Shown: positions 48,679 to 60,661 of the stretch, in pieces
Numbering within the stretch: the first letter of the stretch is position 1
Layout: the number at the start of each line of letters is the position of its first letter
Assembly (NCBI GenBank): GCA_020536535.1
Contig: JAHLWZ010000423.1
Span: forward strand, 62,001-126,000
Direction of reading: 5' to 3'
DNA length: 64,000 nucleotides
DNA from: Pelomyxa schiedti
Taxonomy: Eukaryota > Protista > Evosea
The notes under the pieces: model-generated
Told to the model about the DNA's origin: nothing
Databases searched by the model: none
What the model saw: only the letters and a program-made list of their open reading frames with translations
Program-made: the position numbers and the translations under genes

Positions 48679-49864
48679 ATGCAACAACATCAGTTAGAGT
48701 CGTTTACCAAGAGACTCAAGGTGTTACTGTGGATATCAGGCGTATGTGCATTCGTTTGGGTGTTCATGTTAAGGGGGGTGCACCGTGTCACTGCATTTTT
48801 TTTTTTTTTTTTTTTTTTTGTTGGACAGTCCACTCCCACTCACAAAAAATAGCTGGTTGGCTTGGTAGTTTTGGCTTTGGACATCACCAAGAATGTTCTG
48901 TTTGATTACTGGTGCGTTTGCTTCAAAATGAATGAATCACACTCAACTGTGGTTTGAATTCAGGTACTTCTTCTTCTATTCCTTTGGGGTATGGCTGTGC
49001 CCTGTTGGCCTCATGGGAATTCGGAAGCGCAAGCCTCAAGCTTTGCGAATTGTCAGTACCATTGTTCTGGAATCTTTCTTGAGGAGACTGACCTTTTTGT
49101 GACAGTACGCCATTTTTGCCTTGATATGGTCTTTTGGAACCACGGCAGTATTCTTTGATTTCATTTGGGCTATAAACACTGCTGCCTGGGTAATCTCCAT
49201 TTTTCCACCCTTTTTCCAATTGCCTTTAACGTGGAGGAAAACCTCAATAGTACGAGGACAATGAAACTGAGGCTGCCTTAAATGTTCTTATAGCCGAATT
49301 GGCCTTCATGGTTGTCCAGGGTGTTCTTTACTGTGTCACCGGGGTACTTCTTCCTCTCTTAACACTCCACAAATCCCAATCCCACAATTCCCATTCCCAT
49401 TCCCATTCTCCTTCTCGTTCTCAACAAACCACCCACTTTAGTTCATGGCACTCCGGCTGTCACGGGTCTTCATGTCCCACCTCATGCACCACGTTCCCTC
49501 ATACGTTGACCCCGTGGTAGTAGTAGTCTCCCCACCCGGGTCCGGCCGACCCGAGCCACCCCCCAAGCCATCCTACCTCAACGCCCCGCCAGCCGCCGAC
49601 CCCTACTCCATGCCGCCTCCCACCTACGACCCCACCACTGCCCCTCCAATGCAATACCCTCCTGCACCCAACATGCCTTATGCTGCTCCCTATGGTGGAT
49701 ACAACTATGCAGCCCCGCAGCCTTATCCCTCAGCCTACACTGGCGGATACCCACCAAATACTGGCTATCCACCAAACACTACCCCATACCCAGGACCTTA
49801 TCCGGATCAACAACAGTACCCCCCAAGTGGGAGTGTCCAAGTGGACCCTAAGTCCCAGTTGTAA
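48679..49864 (+). CDS. Four-TM membrane protein with Pro/Tyr-rich cytosolic tail (PPxY)
   Basis: Spliced hydrophobic segments (VLLWISGV..LVGLVVLAL; YFFFYSFGVWLCPVGLMGI; YAIFALIWSFG; LAFMVVQGVLYCVTG) then a tail with PPPTY and many PY/YP. Confidence 0.7.
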
Positions 49865-50008
49865 TTAGCGACATAAAGAAAAACAAGAGTAACAATGGCT
49901 TCCAAGTTATTGGTGTAGCCTTTGAGAATAATAAATATTAAAGCCAAAAAAACTTTTAACAAGAGGCCTTCCTCACGTGAGTAGGAATGGCATTCACACG
50001 CTTTCAAT

Positions 50009-51464
50009 TCAGGGGCTTAAAAGCTTCCGCTTGTGACCTCGGTTGGCCTCCTCACTGCTTGTAGTAGAGGAAGCGGTAGTAGTGTTGTTTGAGCCGTCAT
50101 TTTGTACCCACTGTTGCATCTGCTGCCGCTGTAGTTGTTGCTGCTCAGCTTGATGCAGTAGTTGTCGGGCTTCTTGTACACAGGCCTCGGGATCACTGGT
50201 TCGTGCAAGAAGGCAAGGAATGTACAAAGCAAAGAGGTTCTTGTTTATTTCTGCAAAATCTAACACAGGTCAGACACTTGGTAGTATGGAAAAGAGACGA
50301 TTACCTTTATCCATGCTATACAGAAGTTTTACAACTTTGAGCATAGTTTCAGGAGGTGCGTGCAAAGGCGGGTTGCGTAGTAGAATGTCGACCTGTGCTC
50401 CTACTCGGTGATCATGGAGCACGGTCTCGAGGAATGCTCTCTGAAGCTCAATCGCTACAGAGGATGGTGTACTGTCTGATTGTGTATACAAGAAGGTGGT
50501 GTGGTGTGCGTGATGAGAATATGTGTATGGTTGATGTGTTGAGGCGCCCTTCGGGGAGAAGCGGTTTGACTGTTGAGCATACAAAATTCCGGGAAGAGTG
50601 GGTGAAGGCTGAACTCTGTCCTATTTTTATGTGAGTATATTACTTCCTCAGTCGAAAGACGTAGACATACCACATCCCGGAAAACTGACACTAGAACCAA
50701 CGCTGATTGCTCATAGTGAGTGTGGAGTTGTAAGATTGCATCTTATATGAACAATCAGAAAGCAAAAAGTATAGAAGCCTGCACACCAAGATAAAGGGGC
50801 AGTGCTGTAGTTGCAACAAGTGAATTAACGGCCTGAGCAAAGATGGGAGTCAAACAAAGTATGGGGAAACTAGTTGAAAATTGCCTGTTGCAACTGAGTT
50901 CTAACGAAGGTGATTACATCGTTGAGAAGTTGTTGCCCGTATCGACAGCAACACAGGTGATACACCTGCCTTGCTGCGTGTGAGTGAGGGACCATGTAAC
51001 AAAGGAAAATAAATACGGGGGCATAAAGAAGGAATGAAGGAAGGAAGTAAATGTGATGTGCTGGCGCGTTAGCACGCGGATTTTGGTAATAAATACCTCG
51101 CAAGTTGCTCCTTCGTGCGCATTGCCATTTGCTGCTTGTTTCCAGGCCCGTTGACGCCAGATCCGCTCGCGCTCACACGCGCAGTCTCGCTCACGCTCCC
51201 AGTCGGAAAACACAGTGGCGTCTGTACAACCGCCGCCGCAGATACAACTTTTACGGAGGAAGTCTCTGAATTGGTAGGCGATGTGGCGGGTGTTGGTGTT
51301 GTCGACGAAGCGGTGGCGCGAAGTATGGTCCGCGGAGTGTTGTTGTTCTGCTGCTGTTGGTCCGCCGCTGGTTTCACAATTGACAACAAATGGGACACCG
51401 CATTGAGTACTTGTGGGAGTACTTGGTTTGCGTAAACTTCGCTGTCTACCACTACCGCCCACAT
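50009..51464 (-). CDS. Hypothetical protein, multi-exon, with C-terminal basic (NLS-like) HKRK
   Basis: ATG at 51464 (MWAVVVDSEVYANQVLPQV); exons continue to ...GHKRKLLSP*. Confidence 0.6.
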
Positions 51465-51549
51465 CACCGTTTTGATGTTTATTTATTATTCTTGACTATG
51501 GATTTGAAAGATTTATTCAACCCGCGTCTCCATCCGAGGAATTCAGGCT

Positions 51550-54500
51550 TCAGTTAATTCGTCTGGGGAAGTGATTTCGGCGTTTAATCGTACGCTAAAG
51601 CAACTGTGCCAGTTAGCAACGGTGATGAAAAATATGGATGTGGGAATGTTTTTTAGTGGTGCTTAGCAGCACGACACGAAGACAAGAATGCTACCAGTTT
51701 TTCAAAAACTCCACAAGGGAGGTGTTGCAGGTCTGTTTATGTGATGAGTTTCGGAACCACTTGAGAAGGTTCATACCGAATTGTAATTCTGAAATGGGTT
51801 GGGTGTCTGGTTGTGGTGAAACTATTGTTACAACAGTCTCCAGCTGGGTCATATCCAGCTGAGGAATCACATCCATGATAAAGGAAAGTTCCTGTTGTGT
51901 CGGGCTGTACATTGGTTGGCTGTTGGCATTGAGGTTAGAGGTAATACGGGGCTCATTAAGTGTTGAAACGCACATCTTTTCTTGCTGGATATCCTTCCTA
52001 ATCTCTTGTATAATGGATACACTTTGCTGTTCGTGGGGGAGTGGAGATTGTGGAGGTGCGAATTTAGTGTGTGGAATTGCTTGAGTGTGAGGGTGCAGTT
52101 TTCTTCTGGTACTTCTGGGCTCTTTGCGCTTTTGTGGCGGTAGAGGTGCAGTATAGTGTACATCTTGAGTATGGGGTTGGGTTGGTTCTTGAGAGTCGGA
52201 GTTGAGATGTTGTTTTGTTTGCTTGATGCCTTGCCGGTATGTTTTGCCTGGATGTCGTTGCCGGGTAGCACAACTATCCTGGATACCGGTTGGAGGGTTG
52301 ATGGAATTTACTACGGATGTATGGGTGTTTGTGTGCCTGGTATCCCTGAGAAGAGGTACATCCCTTGAGCAAGTGCCTGGTGAAAGTTAGTCAGGAATTC
52401 TTTTGACAGCTACTTCGAACCTTCGGGATTGTTGCGGGATTCGTGTGGAAGATTTGTTGTTGGTGCAGCGGCACTGTCCCTTGAGTAGCTATGGCTGGCT
52501 TGTTGTAACTCCGAGGTGTTATCCCCCACAAGAGCTTGTGACTGTCCGTGCAGCTGAGCCGCAAGTTGAGGGTACTGCTCAAATAGCTGTGTTCTTGTTT
52601 TATTCAAGTGTGTCTGTTGTTTTGCGATCTCAGTTGATATTTCGGCAATGTCACTCTCTAGGTCATACAAAATCCACTGTGGTACGTAAGTAACATGGAT
52701 AATCAGTATTGAAAAACAGACTTGAAAACGAATTGTGCGCTGTGGATTAAATTATGTAAGCACCAAAATAAATTTCTACCTTTTGGAAGAAGCTGACTTT
52801 ACTTTCGGGAGGTACATTACAGTCTGCAGAATCAGATTGCTGGGTTGTGGAGAGAGCTTGAGAGTATGCCGCAGACTGCTGAGTGACTGGACACTGAGAT
52901 AGAAGCCTGTTAGGGTTAGGGAGTGTTTGAGCGGAAGTAGCCAACGTTCCGGGATGGTGCAATAGTGAATGAGGTTGTGAAGACATTGGTGTCAGAGTTG
53001 TCTTAGGCTTAGATGGAGACTCTTTTCTTGTGTGCTGGGGTGGTCGGTGGGGGTGTTGTGCAGAAACTGGATGGTGAGGTACCACATGGTGTTCTCGGTG
53101 GGTAACTTTGTTGCTACTTAGTGAGGTTTGGGTGTGGCCTGTATCGCCTTGATTTGGTGTGATTTGGTGTGTAGAGTACAAAGGAGAATGTGGTGAGGGA
53201 GGGTTTGATTTCGTATGCTGATCTGTTACTGGTGACTCACCTGACACTTTATGTTTAATTGGTGAAGAATGTCTCTGCAACTCTCGAATTGGTTTGATTT
53301 TGACTTTCTTTCTTGGTGGAGAAACTGAAAAGCATTAGAAGATCCGTGAATATATGTAGGAAAACATGTTCACAGGCACATAAAAACTAACTTGGGTCGG
53401 TTTTCCTTGCTGGCACTGGGGGCTTTGTTATGAGCTGTGTCTGTCTCGGTAGAGCTGGGGGGTGAATTGTGAGCGGAGTATTTGAGCTTCCCAAGTTATT
53501 GGAAGAGGATGGAGGAGGATTTTTGGTTGAGGCATTATCTGATGATGCCGGGGAGTGTGCACTACTGGTAGTCGTAGTGTTTGAGGTTAACAGTGTGCTG
53601 GGGGAGTGGTGTTGATTGGCACTTTGAGAACTCAACTGGGTGGAATGACTAGGGGTGGATGTCGGTGAAGTATGTGGCAAGGCGTGAATGTTGTTGTGAT
53701 TGAGGGATAAATGGCTTCCCGTTGCTAGTTGGGAGATGGATTTGGGATGGGGACGGCTTGTGTTAGAAGAATTGTTGGAGCAGGTTTTGATCAAGGAAGT
53801 AGGCTTGGAAGGAGTAGTGCTCACTGAATCGAGCTTCACCTCTTGTTCTTTTCTGTGTCGTGTAAGCTTGCAACGAAAAAAAAGCACCCTACGTTTGTAA
53901 TATTGCGCGGGATATCCCATTCTTTTCCATTGCAGATTCAAGAGCTCTGCCATTTAGAGGTAAGTGGGTAAGAAATAAAGACCCTGACACACCCTTGACA
54001 GTTTTGAGCTGCAACAAACATTGGTGTGCCACTGGCTGCAGTACGTGTTGTAGTATTGAATACATAAGCCATGTGCTTGAGCATTAATTCGACTCCCTTG
54101 TAGGAGTCCACATCTCCAATCTGCTTTCAAACTTAGAGTGGCATCAAGTCATACCAAAAAAAAAAAAAAAGAACCAAAGAAAAGAAAAACTATCAACAAT
54201 AAAATAGTAATAAATTATATTTATTTACAAACAACAAAAATATCAAGGTTGTTTGTATGGAGTCTTGTTGGTTGTGTTTTTATTCACACTGCTTTCCAGG
54301 GTTGTTGGTTTTTTTTTGTGCACCTTTGTGGTGATGGACGGGTCATCAGAGGCACTCTTGAAGAAAAAAACAGACTCAGGAATATTCTTGATAGAAGTCC
54401 ATATGGACACGGCCAAGTCGTGTTGAGTCATTTGTTTTTGATGCTCAATTGGTCTCTTCGGTTGACTACTCACGTCGTCGACCACAAAACTGACGTCGGA

Positions 54501-54785
54501 TTGAGAGCGTTCCCACAAGTCCAAAGCACTGCGTGATAATGACCCACACGATATGTGACTCTGGCCTGAGGTCAATGACTGCGATGTTGAGGGATTGGTG
54601 CCTGTGAGGTGAAGGGGAGTATTGGCCCTGAATGTGATGGTATAGATGCTGCTAAATCAGACGGGAATATCTAATGCTTGGAAAATCATCACAATGAACC
54701 TGATCTGGCCGAAATCACCAGAGGGTGTGGATTTTGTGTACATTGGTACGTAGACACCAACAGGGGACTGGTGTCTCAGAGCCAT
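51550..54785 (-). CDS. Low-complexity protein with a coiled coil and C-terminal ET (NET/BET extra-terminal)-like domain
   Basis: Spliced QELSFIMDVIPQLDMTQLETVVTIV...ELQF|DLQHLPCGVFEKL fits the ET pattern; coiled coil LYDLESDIAEISTEIAKQQ. 3' end approximate. Confidence 0.55.
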
Positions 54786-54938
54786 TGTTAGAGGATTGGT
54801 AAAGTGGCCTCAAATTAGGCACAGAGTCCCTTCGGGGGCGAAAAACCCGAAGAAGATCTTTAAATAGGAATTAAAGAAAAAAAAAAATCAAAGCCCTAGG
54901 CCGCAGTGTGTCAGTGCCGCCAACAACCACAGCATAAA

Positions 54939-56223
54939 ATGACAGACGGACCCAGCGATGCAGAGATTATTCAGATCGCCACCAATTTTCTTATGAATTC
55001 TCCTCCCGGTGAATTCCTGGAGGTTGTAACAGGTACCTTCTCCCCCGATTGATGTTGTTGGTGTTGTTATTTTTATTTTTTTTTTTGTTTGAGGTCTTTG
55101 TCTGGCTTTACTTTTTTTTCGTGTGTTATAGTCAATGATCGTTGTGGCTAGACGTTCGTGCCTTGTTGCCCAGGGAATCGTTGTTGAACAGCACTGCCGC
55201 AAACACTTTTAAAGAGTACAACTGCGATCAAATGATCCAAGTTGATGCTCCTGGAGGGACACACAAGGTTTTTCGCCCTTCCTTGTTTTTCGTTTCTTTC
55301 GGGGGCAACTTTGTTTGTTACAAACATTTTTTTCCCTATGTACAAACATCACCTTGAAGGTACTCATTACAAAGCATGGAGAGGTTGGTGAAAATGAGTA
55401 CGTTGACCCTGTTGGTCAACAAGTGCTTACGTTTGATCACATTAAGCAGGTTAGTAAAAAGAGTATTAGCGATTCCGACATCCAACAGTTCCCTCTCTTT
55501 AGGAAGTTGTATCAGCAAGACCTCTTGCTGGAGAGCTAGTTGCTGACCTCGAGCCAGCACGCGCTGCAATTGAGAAGCAGGCTTTGGTTTACTGTGCCGA
55601 CCATTATCCCAATGGCACAGCCACTGTGTATTCTTCCAGGGCGGACAATGCAGTTTATGTCTGCATCTCTTCTGCTAAGTTTAACCCGACTAACTTCTGG
55701 TTCGTTCAGTGATTTTGTTTTCCAACTGTAGTAATGCTGCACTAGGAACGGACGGTGGCGTGCAGAGTGGAAAATCGCCATCGCTAAGTCTGGCAACATG
55801 CAACTCTCTGGTCGCATCCGTGTACAAGTACATTACTATGAGGATGGTAATGTTCAGTTACAAACTGATACCACAAAGAAAACTACAGCTCCTGGTGCTG
55901 CAGTAAGTTCCTAGTGCCACATTTGACAAAAAGCCTCCCCCTGTCCTAACATTTGGGCAGGATCCAACTGTACTCGCTACCAATGCGATGAAGGCAATTA
56001 TTAAGACTGAACAAACTTTCCATCAAGCACTTGACACCAGCTACACAACCATGGGTGAAACCTCCTTCAAAGCTCTCCGCAGGGCTTTACCCATTACACA
56101 CACCAAAATTAATTGGAATGTCATCAGAAGCTACAGGCTTGGCCAGGAAGTTGGTGGTGTGCAATTTGACCCTTTTTTTCATTTTCTCTTACTCTTTATT
56201 TAGGGTCGGGTTCCTCTTCTTGA
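54939..56223 (+). CDS. CAPZA: F-actin capping protein subunit alpha
   Basis: [18 protein letters not shown]|DVRALL; VLITKHG; FDHIKQ; NFW|NGRWR; [13 protein letters not shown]; [17 protein letters not shown]. Confidence 0.97.
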
Positions 56224-56422
56224 GACATTTCGTGTAGCTCTATTACCAATGAAACATAAAGGGAAAGAAACAAAATACAAGAAAGAAAATTAAAAATTAA
56301 GAAAGCACTACAACACAAGACAACAAACAAATCATTGGTTTTTTTTTTTTTGAAAAAAAAACAAAAGGTCATTTTGCCTCCTCTTTTGGAGTCTCTTTTA
56401 TATTACATGCCAAAAGGTACAA

Positions 56423-57989
56423 TTAACTATTGATTTCCGTGGACTCGTTGCCTATTAAACAAGTAATTTGGAGCTGGCTCTCTGGAAGCGCGTAGTTGTG
56501 ATTAGGGATCACACCGTGTCGGGGATGATTCTGCAAGAAATTTCAGTAGTGACAGTAACTAATGAGGGGATACCGTTGGGTAGGAATTTTTTTCCTTTGT
56601 CATATAATAAAACACAATGATTACAACCTGTTCAGGTGAGGTAAACAATTTTGAGAGTTGTATGAGCACACACCCAGGTGGGTATATACATGCTGAGAAG
56701 GAAAAGGGCGATTTCAAAAAATGTATAGGTAATGCCATGGGTCTTGCTTAATTTTAGGTAAAATAAAAGTATCTCTGCAAACGTACATCAAAATAATCCA
56801 TGCAAGAATCGAAACTGGTGAAGGATGCAGCCAGTATAATTTGCAAAAGTAAAACACAGCCTATCGGTTAAAAGTTGAAATGTTCAGTAAGTTCCAAAAA
56901 CGAATCAGAAAAACACACTAAAGCATCCTATATAAAAGATCACAAAACCCATAAGGAGTCTCCTCTTAGATTGAAACCCCTGTCCAATGAGAACCGTGGA
57001 AGTACCTTTACTACAGCTGATTAAGCTGGCAGAAAGATAAGGAATACGAACGTGAGGTAAAATCCACTAATAATGTAAACAACAGCAAGAACCAGCTGCA
57101 TCGTGGTAAAAATGAGCCAAGTTACATCTGTTGTCACCTGTTACAACAAAGAAAGTAAAAAGGAAACTACCAACACATTTATCAAAGATGTAGTAATCAA
57201 CAAGATGATATACACAAATCTCTGCGACTAGTGCAGCTGTCATAAGTGCAAAAAATATTCCTGCAGCAGGGCGAAGTATTCTGCCACCAACTCAGTTTTT
57301 TTCACGTGAATGTGACAGTGTTAAGGGGGAGGCTACCTCGTGACAAGTTGAGGATTCCCCGACACTCTTAGTGCATACACACAAAAGTAATACGCACTCA
57401 CAACATACTGAGATAATTCCAGATAGAGGATTGTAGAAGAAAATCCTTGACTTCTGGAAACGAAGGAGTAGTGCACCACGCCTATCCTGTTGGATGATCA
57501 CTCAAACATAGAAAGAACGATGAATCGTTTGTGGCTGCATACACCAACTCCACAATTGCAATGTACATGAGGAAGTGTTTGTAGCTCCACATCCGGCCTG
57601 TTCTCCGCAAAAGGAGTACGCACTGTACTACCACAAAAATCAATGTGATTATGCACAGCAAGTCTAGAACGCATGCACTCATGCACTCTAAAAAAAAAAA
57701 AGAAGGGAATAAGACATGCTTCTACAAGTCCATCGATAGCCAAAAAGAGATAAAAACCCCAACAAAGGTAGCCAAAAGAAAGCAAGAGAAAGGGAAAAAA
57801 CAAAAAAAAAAAGCAAGTTCACGAAACACAACTGTAGGGATCTCGATCGTCAGCAGCACAGTCGAGGAGACAATAGGCAGGCATAAACAAGTCACGAGGG
57901 TGTTGGTTGCTGCTGCCATAGGAGGCACTGCTCCCATAACTACTACTACTACTTGCACTCGGGCTCGTCCCTTGACCCGCCATCGCCAT
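56423..57989 (-). CDS. Multi-pass (about 7 TM) membrane protein, GPCR-like, multi-exon
   Basis: Ser-rich N-terminus, then hydrophobic exons (LDLLCIITLIFVVVQCV; FLMYIAIVEL; AAGIFFALMTAALVA; WLIFTTMQLVLAVVYIISGF). Confidence 0.6.
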
Positions 57990-58194
57990 CAATCCCCAAA
58001 AAAGCCACAACAACCCGGGATGAGATAAAAAAAAGAAACAAAAAGATTCACAGAATGTGTACGGGACTGTACGCTGAAAGTGTCTACCCAGAGGGCAGGG
58101 AAAAAAGGCAAGCATTTGGGATCAACACAGATACAGAGGTGGGAGCTCAAAGGGCGTTGTTGAGTTCTTTTTGTTGTGTTGATTAGTTGGGAAT

Positions 58195-60343
58195 TTAGAG
58201 AAGATAGAAAGGGTGGGAGTCCTCAGTACTTTGTTCAGAGACCGATTCTATCAGAGATGACAAGAATTTAGAAAACTCGTTCAAAACTGCATCTTGTTTC
58301 GATACTGGAGGAGTCTCACTAGTAGCCTACAGGAAGGCCATAAGTAGTTTCCCTCAATTTGCGTATTATACTTGTGTAGAGGCTGCCACAAGAGAGTGAG
58401 CTAAACCCATCATTTCAGAGTTCAGTTTCTTTGATAAAAACCTTAGCTTACATTAGTAGAGCTAGATCAAAAAAAATAATCTACCTGAAGTTGTCTAATG
58501 TTGGGAGGGGTTGTGGTTCATTTTGAGATGTCTGCTGTGGTTGCCGAGTTTTGTCAATCTCTCTGAGTGCGTTTATATTTCTTGCTTCAATGAAAGTAAC
58601 ATCGGTGCATCCTGGAAAAGAAATCTAGTGTTGGAAACTTTCCAAACAAAAAAAAAAATGGCATCACCTGGCCTGTTTTTACATAGAGTGCAAATGCATA
58701 CAGTTGTGCATCTCAAGGATCCCCTGAAGCATTCGCAGTTGTTTGTCAAACATGACGTTTGGCACTTGCATGATTTCGTTGAGTCCTTTTGTTCCTATTG
58801 ATAAAAGTTAATACTAGGCCACCATCAGATGCACACACAGCTGTGGCAAGTTTTTTGCTGCTGTCCACACTTGCATCTACTTCTTTTCCTACTGTGCTTG
58901 ACATGTTGGTCGGTTTCAGTGCAACACTAGAATTTATAGGGACTTCATGAAGGGATGAGCCAGGTGCAACTGGGGCCATTTCAGTCTCTTGACTACTGGA
59001 GTCTGGTATTTTCTCATTTTCTGAAGTTGCAGTGGGTGGGTGAACATTTGGTTCCTTTGAAGTCACATCTGTGCTTATCTTCTCCTTTTCACCTGTTAAT
59101 GGAGGAATTTCAGCCTTCTGTGGCCCTGTACTTTGTTCATTCATGTTTGCGGCATCAAATGAAAGAGCTCTTCTTGCCCGAGATTGTTCCACTATGGTTT
59201 GAGCGTTGAAGTTGTGGTCTTGGATTTGTTGAGAATGTTCACCTGAGAAGGTCTCTTTGGTTGTTGCAGTGTTTTGTGAGGTCACAGTAGGGAGTCTACG
59301 TTCCAGCTCTTTATTAATACTTTGATGTGGATCCATTGGAGTGAATTTCTCTGTACTAGCGGTTGAATCTGTAGACAGCTGAGCAGGTTTAAAGTGCGGA
59401 CCGGCTTCCCCTCTTTCAGTGTTTATTACAGTGAGTAGATTATCAGTGGTTTGAGATTGAGTAGACATGGAGTTTTGATGCATTGCTGATTGTTGAAACA
59501 TTTGTTGAGGGACAACATGATGGGGATAGTAAGGGTACTGTTGGTTAAGTGATTGCATTTGAAGTTGTCTTTGTTGTTGTTGTGTTAGTGGCTGGATATT
59601 TTGGTAACCGCTAGTAGCTGCCCGTAACAAGTTCAGTTTGGATGAAAAGGAGTTTGCCCTTGCACGCCTCTTTGGCGCATAGGGTTGTGGTTGCTGTGCA
59701 GTATAAGGTGCCTGCACATAGTGTGTTGGTATAGGTGCATAATCGCAAAAGTCTGTGATGAGATAGATAAGGAACAAAGTACTCAATACAAATTGGGGGC
59801 AGGAGGAACAAAAGTGTTTTCACAAGGTGAGGGGGAAAAAAAAAGTAATGTGCACATGGATTATAGGAGAGTGTCATATGAACCATCAGGAGACTGCCTG
59901 GTAATGTACTGTGCTTGCCCTAATCCAGTAGGATACTCATAATTCCCTCCTCTCCCTACTCCCATGCCCATCCCCATTCCCATAATTCCCATCCCTGGTA
60001 TTCCCATCATGCCCATTCCCGCATTGCCCCCTCCACCTGGACCACCGCCGCCACCACCGGGGGGTCCCATAATCCCGCCAACAGTGGCGTCCTGCATCCC
60101 ACACGGGCGCCTGACCCCCGAGGCCCTGGCAGGCCGGTGTCCAGTGTGCCCGTAGTACATCTGGGCCCCAATTGAATACCCACCCTGGGCCATCTGTTGC
60201 TCCTGCTCCAGATCTTGCTCCTGGTCTTGGTCGCGGTCTTGCTCCTGCTCTGCCTCTTGCTCCTGCAGTTGCTGTTGCTGCTGCAACAAGTACATTTGCA
60301 AGTACTGCTGTTGTTGCTGCTGTTGCTGGTAGAGCATGAGCCT

Positions 60344-60377
<34 letters not shown>

Positions 60378-60589
60378 ATGAGGGCGTATTCTTCCTCAGT
60401 GGTGCCGAGGACGTAGGGCGTGGGGTCGAATTCCATGCCGCTGTCCGACTGCTGTTGCTGTTGCATGAGCACATTGCTGATGTTGTCGGACGACCCCGGC
60501 GCGGGGTCGAATTGTTGTTGTGGGTGGGGTCGAAGAACGTGCGGCGACGCGTCCACGGCGTTGTTGTGCTGCTGCGATGAGGCGGACAT
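58195..60589 (-). CDS. PolyQ/Gly-Met-rich protein with one CXC (tesmin/TSO1-like) cysteine cluster
   Basis: Exon at about 58672-58795 encodes CKCQTSCLTNNCECFRGSLRCTTVCICTLCKN; N-terminal polyQ ORF 59861-60589. Confidence 0.75.
60266..60376 (-). repeat. CAG/CAA trinucleotide runs (polyQ)
   Basis: Directly visible. Confidence 0.9.
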
Positions 60590-60661
60590 CTCGTAAGACC
60601 GCCGAATTTGAAATTGGACTGAAAATTTTGATTGGTTTGTGCTTTGGTTGGTTTTTGGGGT

